Shown here: positions 1 to 8,033 of the stretch, in pieces | Numbering within the stretch: the first letter of the stretch is position 1 | Layout: every line of letters starts with the position of its first letter | Assembly: GCA_964619725.1 (NCBI GenBank) | Contig: CAZUFC010000124.1 | Span: forward strand, 1 to 23,657 | Direction of reading: 5' to 3' | Length of the DNA: 23,657 nucleotides | Origin: an uncultured bacterium | Lineage (GTDB): Bacteria; CSSED10-310; CAZUFC01 | Program-made: the position numbers and the translations under genes | The notes under the pieces: generated by a model | What the model saw: the letters and a program-made list of their open reading frames with translations, nothing else | What the model was told of the DNA's origin: nothing | Database searches by the model: none

Positions 1-1
1 T

Positions 2-57
2 AGTGCCTGTCCACAAACTCGAATCTCGATTCAAAATTTAATGCTGGACAGCCACTT
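2..57. mobile_element. Short MITE-like inverted-repeat remnant
   Basis: AGTGCCTGTCCA (2-13) is the reverse complement of TGGACAGCCACT (46-57) with one mismatch. The ends resemble the TCCATAAA/TTTATGGAC ends of the adjacent element. Confidence 0.4.
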
Positions 58-59
58 GG

Positions 60-202
60 GTTTTTGATCCATAAACGGGCGAATTTAACTTAAGGTAAGG
101 AAGGCAGGGATTTGCGAAGTAGTGGGATTGCATATACGTTGACTGAGCAAATCCGCAGCCTGACGCAGTATTGGGGAAAATTCGCCTTTTATGGACAAAA
201 AC
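60..202. mobile_element. MITE-like non-autonomous hairpin element (~143 bp)
   Basis: Nested inverted repeats: GTTTTTGATCCATAAA (60-75) / TTTATGGACAAAAAC (188-202), GGCGAATTT (78-86) / AAATTCGCC (178-186), GGATTTGC (108-115) / GCAAATCC (147-154). No ORF. It abuts a 5'-truncated gene. Confidence 0.65.
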
Positions 203-622
203 TTGATAGCTCTGTAATCCATTAATTTGACTGACATTTTATGCAAACTCTACGATAAGATAATTATCCCTGAAGCCGTAAGAGAAGAATTTGGAGAAAT
301 CTTATTACAGTGTATGTCCATACAAAAATTGGAAAATTTATCTTTGGTCAATTTGTTAAAAAATCAAATGAATTTAGGTAAAGGTGAAGCGGAAGCGATA
401 GCCTTATCTTACATGACTGGTAACACAGTAGTTCTGGATGATCAAAAGGCGAGAAAGATCGCTGCAAAATTTAGTATTAATTTTGTCGGTTCGCTTGGGT
501 TGCTTTTAAGAGCGGAAAGAGAAGGTATAATTCATTCCGCTTATCAAAATGCAATAAAGCTGAGGGATAAAGGTTTTTTCGTTTCAGAAAATCTCTTGGA
601 GATAATGAGAAATAGGAGCTGA
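203..622 (+). pseudogene. PIN-like DUF3368 family protein, N-terminally truncated with an in-frame stop
   Basis: Motifs IIIPEAVREE, LGKGEAEAIAL, VVLDDQKARKIA and GSLGLLLRA are typical of DUF3368. The frame upstream of TTG227 reads L-I-A-L-stop(TAA 215-217)-S-I-N-L-T-D-I-L, matching the family's N-terminal helix. The first beta-strand with its conserved Asp/Asn is absent. Confidence 0.75.
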
Positions 623-764
623 CGACATGCAATTGTGAATCGCCTTTTTTAACTCTGGAAAAGATATATGCCGTTATTCTTTTTTTCATCGCAACAAAAA
701 GTCGGCGGATGAATACATGACGGATTGACGATTTCTGTCGTGCCTCCTGCCGAACCGCTTGAGG

Positions 765-1143
765 GTGGATTCGGCAATAAACGGGGGCGCCGGCAAGGAG
801 GATGAGACGGCGATATTTCATGTGATATACGGAAGGGAGAATTTGAACTGCAGACAATTCATTATATCATCGTACGGCGACTGTAGAGGAGGAAACCATC
901 ACGTGGAGTTCTGCTGAGGAACTGATCCATAATCTTACGCATGTCGAAGGCGATCTGGACCCTGGCACGGTGATTGATAGTGACGGGCGTATGCACGTGG
1001 CGTGGCGAGGAAAATTTGAGGGAATGAATCACCGGGAATGCTATTATAGCTTCTCGACTGACGGCGGATCCAGTTGGGGGATCAAAGCCAGAACGTATGA
1101 AATGATCAGTTTTGATGACGAATATACGAATTTTGGGCATTGA
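765..1143 (+). pseudogene. Fragment of an Asp-box/BNR-repeat beta-propeller protein
   Basis: Open frame 847-1143 reads TADNSLYHRTATVEEETITWSSAEELIHNLTHVEGDLDPGTVIDSDGRMHVAWRGKFEGMNHRECYYSFSTDGGSSWGIKAR..., with an Asp-box STDGGSSW at 1054-1077. A different upstream frame reads ...ETAIFHVIYGREN, implying a frameshift near 840-847. The 5' boundary is approximate. Confidence 0.65.
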
Positions 1144-1304
1144 TCAAATTGGCGTCTTTTGAAGTTACAATTCTTCGGGATATTCCATCATTTTGGTTCG
1201 ATTTATCTTGACATATTGCAGCAATAATCGTTTTCGAATGTCACGCCTATCGCCGTATGTCGTTTGAAACTTTATCAGAGATGCAGTTGAATTTTCTTTA
1301 TGAA

Positions 1305-1323
1305 GTTAGCCATAGGTTAGCCA
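1305..1323. repeat. GTTAGCCA direct repeat with 11-bp period (possible integrase arm-type sites)
   Basis: GTTAGCCA at 1305-1312 and 1316-1323, about 76 bp beyond the tRNA 3' end. Confidence 0.45.
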
Positions 1324-1398
1324 GAGTATTATCATTCAAGAAAAACAGCAGCAGAAAAAGTCGCTTATCTTCTTGAAACAAACCAAGAAAAACAAAAA

Positions 1399-1470
<72 letters not shown>

Positions 1471-1500
1471 TTTTATCCCGTGTTCGGGACAAGCTAGATC

Positions 1501-1528
1501 ATGATAATGAAAAAGTTGTGCTTGTCAA
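1501..1528 (-). promoter_or_regulatory. Sigma70-type promoter of the tRNA gene
   Basis: On the minus strand: TTGACA (1528-1523), 16-nt spacer, TATCAT (1506-1501), about 30 nt upstream of the tRNA. Confidence 0.65.
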
Positions 1529-1611
1529 GCAAAAATATTCAACTCCTTCAATTCTGATGCGGGGAAACGGGATTTTTCCGGCATCTGAATTTAAGATCGT
1601 TGAGGATTGTC

Positions 1612-1683
1612 TTGATTTTTTGGTTCAGAGTCGTATAGTGAAGGCAGGTAAGCTTTTTAAATTATTTTTTTTTCAGGAGGAGG
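1612..1683 (+). promoter_or_regulatory. Putative sigma70 promoter and strong RBS for the gene at 1691
   Basis: TTGATT (1612-1617), 16 nt, TATAGT (1634-1639). AGGAGGAGG at 1675-1683, 7 nt before ATG1691. Confidence 0.5.
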
Positions 1684-1690
1684 TTTTTGT

Positions 1691-3175
1691 ATGAGGCAGA
1701 TGATTTTGATCGGATTATTTGTTGCGGCGGTAATGGGAGCAACTTCATGGGCGGAGGGTTCTATACCTTACGAGATCAACTACCAGGGGCATTTGACGGA
1801 TGATGCGGGCGTCGCAGTCACCGGCGCTCTTGATTTTGAATTCAGGATTTACGATATGGAGACGGGGGGAACGGCGTTATGGACGGAGAGTCATCCCGGG
1901 GTTGATGTGACGGAGGGATTGTTTAATATTGTTCTGGGCTCGATGATGCCTATTGATCCGGAGATGACGGGGATCGATTTTGACGGGGAATACTGGCTGG
2001 AGGTTATGGTTGAAGGTGAAACGTTGACGCCTCGCCAGATGTTCACGAGTTCCGGACAGACTTACAGGGCTGAGGAAGCCGACGACGTATACGGCCGCGA
2101 TATACATCCCAACAGCGTGTTCATAGAAAATTACGGGATGGTGATCGACAGCTCCGGAGCCTGGGTGGGCGATCCTGCGGGATTGTCCGGTCCCACCGGT
2201 CCTGCCGGAGCAACCGGTCCTGAAGGACCTGCCGGTCCCACCGGTCCTGTGGCCGGTTCCGACAAGCAAGTGATTTACAACAACGGCGGTTCTGCAGGGG
2301 GCGCTGAAGTTTACTATGACGCGGCTGCCGGGAACCTGGGCGTGGGCACGACTACTCCGGTTTACAAGCTTAGCGTCCAGGGCGATTGCGAAATCAGCGG
2401 CGATCTTGTCGGCAACGGATACCGTATTCTTGGGGATGCCTGGGAGCCTTTTTTCGGACTGGGTATGGAGCCGGAATACATGATCGTATTCAACTGGGAT
2501 ATTATGCCTTTGCTGCAGATACGCGCCAATCCCAATCCCGGCATACTGTTTTATGACGCCGGCGCATCTCCGGGGCATGGTTATTCCGTTCTTGCTGCCG
2601 ACAATGACGGTTTCGTTTTCGGCAAATGCGATTTCACCGGTTGGAATTTTACGCCTCACATGCTGATAGACGAGAATGGAAACGTAAATATAACCGGCAA
2701 CCTGAGCAAAGGCGGCGGTTCTTTTAAAATAGACCATCCCCTGGAACCTGAAAGTAAGTATCTATACCACTCCTTTGTAGAAAGTCCCGATATGAAGAAC
2801 ATATATGACGGAACGGCCGTTCTGGATGATTCGGGCGAAGCGTGGGTGGAGCTTCCGGAATGGTTTGAGGCGCTTAACAAGGATTTCCGGTATCAGTTGA
2901 CGGCCGTGGGCAAGGCCGCTCCTGCGCTTCATGTGGCTCAGAAGATCGAAGAGAACCGGTTCAAAATCGCCGGGGGAGAAGCCGGCATGGAAGTATGCTG
3001 GATGGTTACGGGCATCAGGCATGATCCTTATGCCGAGGCTCATCGGATACCCGTGGAAGAGGATAAATCGGAGGATAAAGTCGGGACTTACCTGCATCCC
3101 GATGTTTATGGTAAGGCCGGTCCGTTGTCCGAGAAACGTCGTATCACTGTGGAGCTTGAGGAGTCGGTTGAATAG
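1691..3175 (+). CDS. Secreted fibre/adhesin-like protein with collagen-like repeat and tail-fibre-like C-terminal domain
   Basis: 494 aa. Signal peptide (MRQMILIGLFVAAVMGATSWA), N-domain INYQGHLTD...GLFNIVLGS, 8 Gly-X-Y triplets, GNLGVGTTTP..KLSVQG fibre motif, and C-terminal GGGSFKIDHPL...YLYHSFVESP domain. Strong RBS. Confidence 0.8.
   Translation: MRQMILIGLFVAAVMGATSWAEGSIPYEINYQGHLTDDAGVAVTGALDFEFRIYDMETGGTALWTESHPGVDVTEGLFNIVLGSMMPIDPEMTGIDFDGEYWLEVMVEGETLTPRQMFTSSGQTYRAEEADDVYGRDIHPNSVFIENYGMVIDSSGAWVGDPAGLSGPTGPAGATGPEGPAGPTGPVAGSDKQVIYNNGGSAGGAEVYYDAAAGNLGVGTTTPVYKLSVQGDCEISGDLVGNGYRILGDAWEPFFGLGMEPEYMIVFNWDIMPLLQIRANPNPGILFYDAGASPGHGYSVLAADNDGFVFGKCDFTGWNFTPHMLIDENGNVNITGNLSKGGGSFKIDHPLEPESKYLYHSFVESPDMKNIYDGTAVLDDSGEAWVELPEWFEALNKDFRYQLTAVGKAAPALHVAQKIEENRFKIAGGEAGMEVCWMVTGIRHDPYAEAHRIPVEEDKSEDKVGTYLHPDVYGKAGPLSEKRRITVELEESVE
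2180..2251 (+). repeat. Collagen-like (Gly-X-Y)8 coding repeat
   Basis: GLS GPT GPA GAT GPE GPA GPT GPV. The DNA direct repeat CCGGTCCCACCGGTCCTG occurs twice. Confidence 0.85.
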
Positions 3176-3347
3176 GGAATTGATTCGTTGGTGAGAATTG
3201 ATTTCTATGAATTCGCGCCGTTGTCCTGGTTTTATTACCAGCGGTTTGAGCTTCGATTATTCGATATCGTCTGACGTTTGTCGTCATAAAGCGGCATATG
3301 AAGAAGTCGGTTGCGCCTTAATCTCGTCGGTATAAACAGCGTCCTGG

Positions 3348-3452
3348 ACTGCGCTCTTTCAGAGCTTTTCTGCTATTGATTTCTACCCAGGGCAGCGCTC
3401 GCAAGCTCGTTTAACCCTGGGCTTTCATACACCGCACCTTCGGCGCTTAAGA
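3348..3452. repeat. REP-like palindromic element (CCCAGGG...CCCTGGG type), copy 1
   Basis: Three hairpins: GCTCT-TTC-AGAGC, CCCAGGG...CCCTGGG and GCACC-TTC-GGCGC, ending in CTTAAGA. Homologous to 7925-8033. Confidence 0.8.
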
Positions 3453-3480
3453 CAGGAAATATAAAAACGGAATTGATCAA

Positions 3481-4100
3481 AAAGAAACCGACAAAGTCAT
3501 AAATACTCGTAAAGTCGAGTCTTACGCAAAGGCAAACCTGAACGATCCCATACCATACAGCACGACTGAAAGCGCCGTCAGTCTCATGGGTATTAATAAC
3601 CGCATCGGGAACGCGGCAGGATGCCGCGTCTACATTGAAGACGAATCTCTGGCGTTGGTATTGAACAAGCGTAGAAGGAATATAGAAAGTAGAAGCGGCA
3701 TCCTGCCGCTTTCCAATAAGCGTTCGATATCAGAGAGCTCTACGATAAATAACCCGGACCGATAAAGAAACCGACAAAGTCATAAATAATCGTCCGGTTG
3801 AGACTTGGGCAAAAGGCAAACCTGAACGATCCCATACCATGCAGCACGACTGAAAGCGCCGTAAGTCTCATGGGTATTAATAACCGCATCGGGAACGCGG
3901 CAGGATGCCGCGTCTACATTGAAGACGAATCTCTGGCGTTGGTATTGAACAAGCGTAGAAGGAATATAGAAAGTAGAAGCGGCATCCTGCCGCTTTCCAA
4001 TAAGCGTTCGATATCAGAGAGCTCTACGATAAATAACCCGAATCGATAAAGAAACCGACAAAGTCATCCATAATCGTTCGGTTGAGTCTTACGTAAAGGC
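3481..4100. repeat. Tandem repeat of a 283/284-bp unit, about 2.2 copies, each full unit containing an inverted pair of GTAG-type REPs
   Basis: AAAGAAACCGACAAAGTCAT begins at 3481, 3764 and 4048. Units 1 and 2 are near-identical outside a short window. REPs lie at 3610-3633 (-), 3689-3711 (+), 3894-3917 (-) and 3973-3995 (+), consensus GTAGA(A/C)GCGGCATCCTGCCGC. Confidence 0.92.
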
Positions 4101-4497
4101 CTTTTATTGAGGAGCTGGGGATGAGGTCGTCCCACAAACAACCATTTAAAGCGTAAGCCGGTAAGTCCGCCAATATTTTTTTATGTGATTTTTTCAATTT
4201 ACAAGCTGCATACAGCATTTTCGCAATTGATATCGTTATCAGTCCCTAAATACTCAAGCTAGGAAACGGGTGACTTCGCAGTCAGAATAACTCCCGCCTG
4301 TTGTTCTGGAAAGATATTTTGCTGTCCGAGGCTTACGCAATGTCGACGGCAAATGACTGAGGGCAAGCTATAATGCTGTTCAGCACGGTGATTTATGCCC
4401 GTCAACCGGCGGCAGTGCAGTTATAGACGGTCGATATGCCTCAAAAACTGAGTAAGCATCCGTTTTTTTGCAGAAAGGTAATGGTAATATTTTGTTT

Positions 4498-4534
4498 CGA
4501 TTGCGATTGCAGTCCCGATCCCGATACCGATACC
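4498..4534. repeat. Degenerate hexamer array (CGATnn)6
   Basis: CGATTG CGATTG CAGTCC CGATCC CGATAC CGATAC. Confidence 0.7.
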
Positions 4535-4641
4535 CAACAAACTGTCCTGGAGCAAAAAAACTGTTTCAAAAAACTTTAATTCCGTTTTGATCAGTTCCTG
4601 ATTTTTTAAACCCAATGCCGGCGCTTTATTGGGCGTCATCA

Positions 4642-6459
4642 TCAAGGCTGTTCGATTCTGGTTTCCTTTTGTTGCGCGTCATCCGCGAGACTTATGATGG
4701 TTTCTCCGGGGGATGGAGCATGATCGTCGTCGATAGTGAAAAAGAGGAGTCGCCGGTTTTTATCTATGCGGCATAGATTTACTGTTGAGTTTCCGTAGAG
4801 GTTCTGGAATTCTTTATAGTCGAATTCTTCCGTTAGATTGATTTTCTTTATTACGGCTCCTTTTTTGATTCGGTCGTTTATATAATTATAGTCGACTCCG
4901 GGACTGAACAAGAAACGGCCGTGCATGGGATCGGACGGAGGCGCTTCGGACTTGTTTTTATCTGCGGCCTGCAACTGGTAGACTTCTGCGCTGCCGAATA
5001 TTTCAATGTATCGCAGGACGGCCAGGGAGTTCACTTCATGGTTGGGCGTCAGGGCGATTAGACGTCCTATGCCGTCCAGTTCTATTTTTTTACGGGTTTT
5101 TTCTGAGAGGATGTCTCCGTAGAAGGTTTTCAATCCGGCCATGCGTGCTTTATTTATATTTTGCCTGTTGGCGTCGATCAGGAGGGTTTCCATATTTTCT
5201 GCTTTCAGTATTAAGGCTATGTCTCTGGCCCAGGAGTGAGCGCCTACGATCAGGCAGCCCTGGGGATCGGGATGAGCTACTTTAAGCTTGCGCGCCAGGG
5301 GAGCGGAACAGAGGCCATAAATGGCTACGGTTCCTACGATGACCAGGAAGGTTAGGGGGACGAGCAGTTCAGCCTGGGGATGTCCTATTTCCGTCAATCT
5401 GATTGCAAAAACGGAGGAGACTGCTGCGGCCACGATGCCCCTGGGGGCCATCCAGGAGAGGAAGAGCCGTTCTTTCCAGGGCAGGGAAGAGGTGATAGTT
5501 GCAATAAAGACTGCTGCAGGTCGGGCGACCAGAATCAATGCAGCCAGGAATATCACTCCCTTGAAGCCAATGGCTATAAAGGGAGATAATTCTATCCTGG
5601 CGGATAAAATGATGAACAGGACGGCAATAAGGAGCACTCGCATGTTTTCTTCGAATTCCAGGATTTGCTTTATGGGAACCAGGCGTTGATTGGCCAGCGC
5701 GACGCCCATAACGGTTGCGGAAAGGAGTCCTGATTCTGACTGGAAGCGGTTGGACAGGGAATAGGCGGCTATGACCAGCATGAGAGACACGGCTTCCTGC
5801 AGAAAGTCCGGAATCCAGAATTTTTTAAGAAGGAGTATCAGCAGCATGGCGAAGACAATGCCGAAGCTCAGGCCGATACCGATCATTTTGATAAAACCTG
5901 TAACTGCGGGTAAAGTAAATGAATGAAGTTCGCCGGAAGCTATTCCCTCAAAGACTAACACGGCCAAAACGGCCCCAATGGGATCAATGACGATGCCTTC
6001 CCATCTCAGGATTGAAGCCGTCGTACTTTTTAACCTTAAATGTCTTAATACGGGCAGAATAACCGTAGGACCGCTGACGATCAGGACGGCGCCCAGCAGT
6101 ATCGCCAGGTCGGCCTGCAGGCCGAAGATAATTACGGAGGCTAAAGCGGTGACGACCCAAGTAACCAGCGCCCCGACAGAAACCAGGTTTCTGACCGTTT
6201 TGCCGACGCCTTTAAGATCGGAAAAGCGAAGACTGAGACCTCCTTCAAACAGAATAACGGCAACGGATATGGAAACCAGGGGGAGCAAAACGTCTCCCAG
6301 TATTTCATCGGGGCGAATAAAACCGGTCAGGGGTCCGGCGATGAAACCGAAGAGCAACAGGAGCAGTATCGACGGGAGACGAATACGCCAGGCTATCCAC
6401 TGAGCGGTAACGCCCAGGGCCAGTATGGCGCACAGTCCTGTGAGAACGTGTTCATTCAT
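4642..6459 (-). CDS. CPA1 (NhaP-type) cation/proton antiporter with C-terminal TrkA-N/RCK-like domain
   Basis: 605 aa with about 12-13 hydrophobic segments. Motifs ILFEGGL, SGPTVI, WEGIVIDPIGA and APRGIVAAAVSS. A Rossmann-like LIVGAHSWARDIA...FYGDILSE follows. Confidence 0.92.
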   Translation of the reverse strand: MNEHVLTGLCAILALGVTAQWIAWRIRLPSILLLLLFGFIAGPLTGFIRPDEILGDVLLPLVSISVAVILFEGGLSLRFSDLKGVGKTVRNLVSVGALVTWVVTALASVIIFGLQADLAILLGAVLIVSGPTVILPVLRHLRLKSTTASILRWEGIVIDPIGAVLAVLVFEGIASGELHSFTLPAVTGFIKMIGIGLSFGIVFAMLLILLLKKFWIPDFLQEAVSLMLVIAAYSLSNRFQSESGLLSATVMGVALANQRLVPIKQILEFEENMRVLLIAVLFIILSARIELSPFIAIGFKGVIFLAALILVARPAAVFIATITSSLPWKERLFLSWMAPRGIVAAAVSSVFAIRLTEIGHPQAELLVPLTFLVIVGTVAIYGLCSAPLARKLKVAHPDPQGCLIVGAHSWARDIALILKAENMETLLIDANRQNINKARMAGLKTFYGDILSEKTRKKIELDGIGRLIALTPNHEVNSLAVLRYIEIFGSAEVYQLQAADKNKSEAPPSDPMHGRFLFSPGVDYNYINDRIKKGAVIKKINLTEEFDYKEFQNLYGNSTVNLCRIDKNRRLLFFTIDDDHAPSPGETIISLADDAQQKETRIEQP

Positions 6460-6537
6460 GGCAGGATTCTCGGACCCGGCGATTTCATCGTGCTGCCGGG
6501 CTTGTTTGACGTTCGTTTTCTCCTGTCGTCCTTGATT

Positions 6538-7788
6538 CTATTCCCAATCCTCGTCGTCTTCCGCTCCATATTGCGGGGGCGATTCGCCGTGTGATTCCAG
6601 CAAAACAATCTCCGAATTTTCATCGTTTAAATCCTGAATTTCCTCCAGCCTGATCACAAATTGCCAGGATTCACCGAAATCATATTCAAAAAGAAGGATT
6701 CTGCCTGGCTTGTAGAACACATTCCCGAGTTTTACGTCATCGGATGAAAATCCGTCTTTGCATTGGGGATGATTTATCTCGACTATTTGCATGAAGCGGT
6801 TAGGATAAGTGAAAGAAAAAAGATGATCGTAATCGAAATCATAAGCGTTAAGGATAGCAAGAGCCAGGGTCGTAAAAGTTTCCGTCGAAGGGATTCCGAT
6901 TTTCCTCCAGGTATCTTCCAGCATAACTTTAAAGACGAAGTAACCTGTTGTAAATTTTACTTTAGTGAGCGCGGGAGTGTTTTTCCATTCGGGAAAGTAG
7001 GGTTGAAAAATGGATTGCAGAGGATTAGGGGGCAGTTCAAAAGGTGATACATCTTGCGTAATGAAGACTTCTTCAAGTTCATCAGAATTTTTGAAGAATT
7101 TCACCATAGTTTTTCCGTAATCGGTTTTATGGATTTCATCGATTTGCCAACCTCTGCCTTTCGCCGGTTTTCCCTGCTTCAGCGCTGCAAGGCCGAAAAG
7201 CTCAAAAAGAGCGAGAATGTAATGAGGCAGGAAATAAAAAATATAGGACTGCTTTTTCTGCTGTTCGCTAACAGTGAGAGTGGAGTTTGGTATTTTTTTA
7301 TAGAGTGAAAGCAAGACGTCAGTGTCATGATTGCGGACGGACATTTTTTCTCCGATTATTCTCCCATCAGTTTTCAGCATGAAAATTTCAAACAAATAAA
7401 AGTATTGTTCCGTGGAATTAAGCGTTTTCCAGGATTTAAGTGCATCCTTATCCAGGAAAAGTTTAGGTTTGGAACCGTGAGTTTCGATGTTCGAGAATCC
7501 GGAACAGCGCAGCAGGAGATAAAGACCGTTGATGTAGGGATAGGCTTTCTGCTTCGGACGTTGAATACCGATTTCTATGGGTTTGCTGAGAAGTGCATTG
7601 ATTTTCGGTAGTTCCTTCGTGTGCAGGACGTTTAAACTGGGCGTGACGCTGATCCCATCCTTTCCGATAAAGTCCAGCAAGGCATTGAAATCTTTTACGA
7701 TCGTTCCGGGTGATTCTTCGGTGATCTTCAGATCACGCAGGAATTTCTTGTCGGCTTCGGTGAATCTATATTTTAATCTTCGATGCAT
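6538..7788 (-). CDS. pRiA4b ORF-3-like domain protein with long N-terminal extension
   Basis: 416 aa. The C-terminal motifs WRKIGIP...LALAILNAYDFDYDHLFSF...FEYDFGESWQFVIRLE...GESPPQY match the pRiA4b ORF3 family. GGAGG RBS upstream. Confidence 0.85.
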   Translation of the reverse strand: MHRRLKYRFTEADKKFLRDLKITEESPGTIVKDFNALLDFIGKDGISVTPSLNVLHTKELPKINALLSKPIEIGIQRPKQKAYPYINGLYLLLRCSGFSNIETHGSKPKLFLDKDALKSWKTLNSTEQYFYLFEIFMLKTDGRIIGEKMSVRNHDTDVLLSLYKKIPNSTLTVSEQQKKQSYIFYFLPHYILALFELFGLAALKQGKPAKGRGWQIDEIHKTDYGKTMVKFFKNSDELEEVFITQDVSPFELPPNPLQSIFQPYFPEWKNTPALTKVKFTTGYFVFKVMLEDTWRKIGIPSTETFTTLALAILNAYDFDYDHLFSFTYPNRFMQIVEINHPQCKDGFSSDDVKLGNVFYKPGRILLFEYDFGESWQFVIRLEEIQDLNDENSEIVLLESHGESPPQYGAEDDEDWE

Positions 7789-7924
7789 TCGGCGCCTCCG
7801 CGGTTAAGGTTCGTTTTTATATTAATGATCATTTTGCCGTTTATCCAGTGATAATTGATGCCGGATGGCGGATGGTCATGTATTCGTATTTTTTGTTTGT
7901 TTTCGTCGTCCGGGTAATTGGCTT

Positions 7925-8033
7925 ACTGCGCTCTTTCAGAGCTTCCCATTCTGTTGATTCTAACCCAGGGTTGCGCTCCGCTTCGCTTCGCTTAACCCTG
8001 GGCTTTCGTACGGCGCTCCTTCGGAGCTTAAGA
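7925..8033. repeat. REP-like palindromic element (CCCAGGG...CCCTGGG type), copy 2
   Basis: ACTGCGCTCTTTCAGAGCTT...ACCCAGGGTT...TTAACCCTGGGCTTTC...GCTCCTTCGGAGCTTAAGA, in the same orientation as 3348-3452. Confidence 0.8.

Noticed and set aside
477..1140. Minus-strand ORFs 477-857 and 862-1140
   Set aside because: They have no recognisable motifs and lie antisense to the DUF3368 and Asp-box remnants.
1877..2737. 286-aa antisense ORF, and the many short ORFs inside the large genes
   Set aside because: They are shadow frames of well-supported genes on the opposite strand or in another frame.
3528..3600. c-di-GMP-I riboswitch suggested by AAAGGCAAACC
   Set aside because: The expected GAAA-capped stem and downstream GACGCAAAG are missing, and no gene follows on this strand.
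3481..4100. CRISPR array
   Set aside because: The period is 283-284 bp, the long segments are near-identical rather than unique, the variable windows are homologous to each other, and there are no cas genes.
1691..4100. Diversity-generating retroelement (fibre gene plus downstream repeats)
   Set aside because: The repeats do not match the fibre gene, the differences are not adenine-specific on either strand, and no reverse transcriptase is in the window.
4260..4420. Possible structured ncRNA (TGACT/AGTCA and GACGGCAAAT...ATTTATGCCCGTC pairings)
   Set aside because: The pairing is short and imperfect and matches no RNA family I recognise. It needs an Rfam/Infernal search.
3798..4645. Small ORFs 3798-4049, 4024-4218 and 4421-4645
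   Set aside because: They run through REPs or the hexamer array (GIGIGIG is the repeat translated) and show no family motifs. 4024-4218 cannot be fully excluded.
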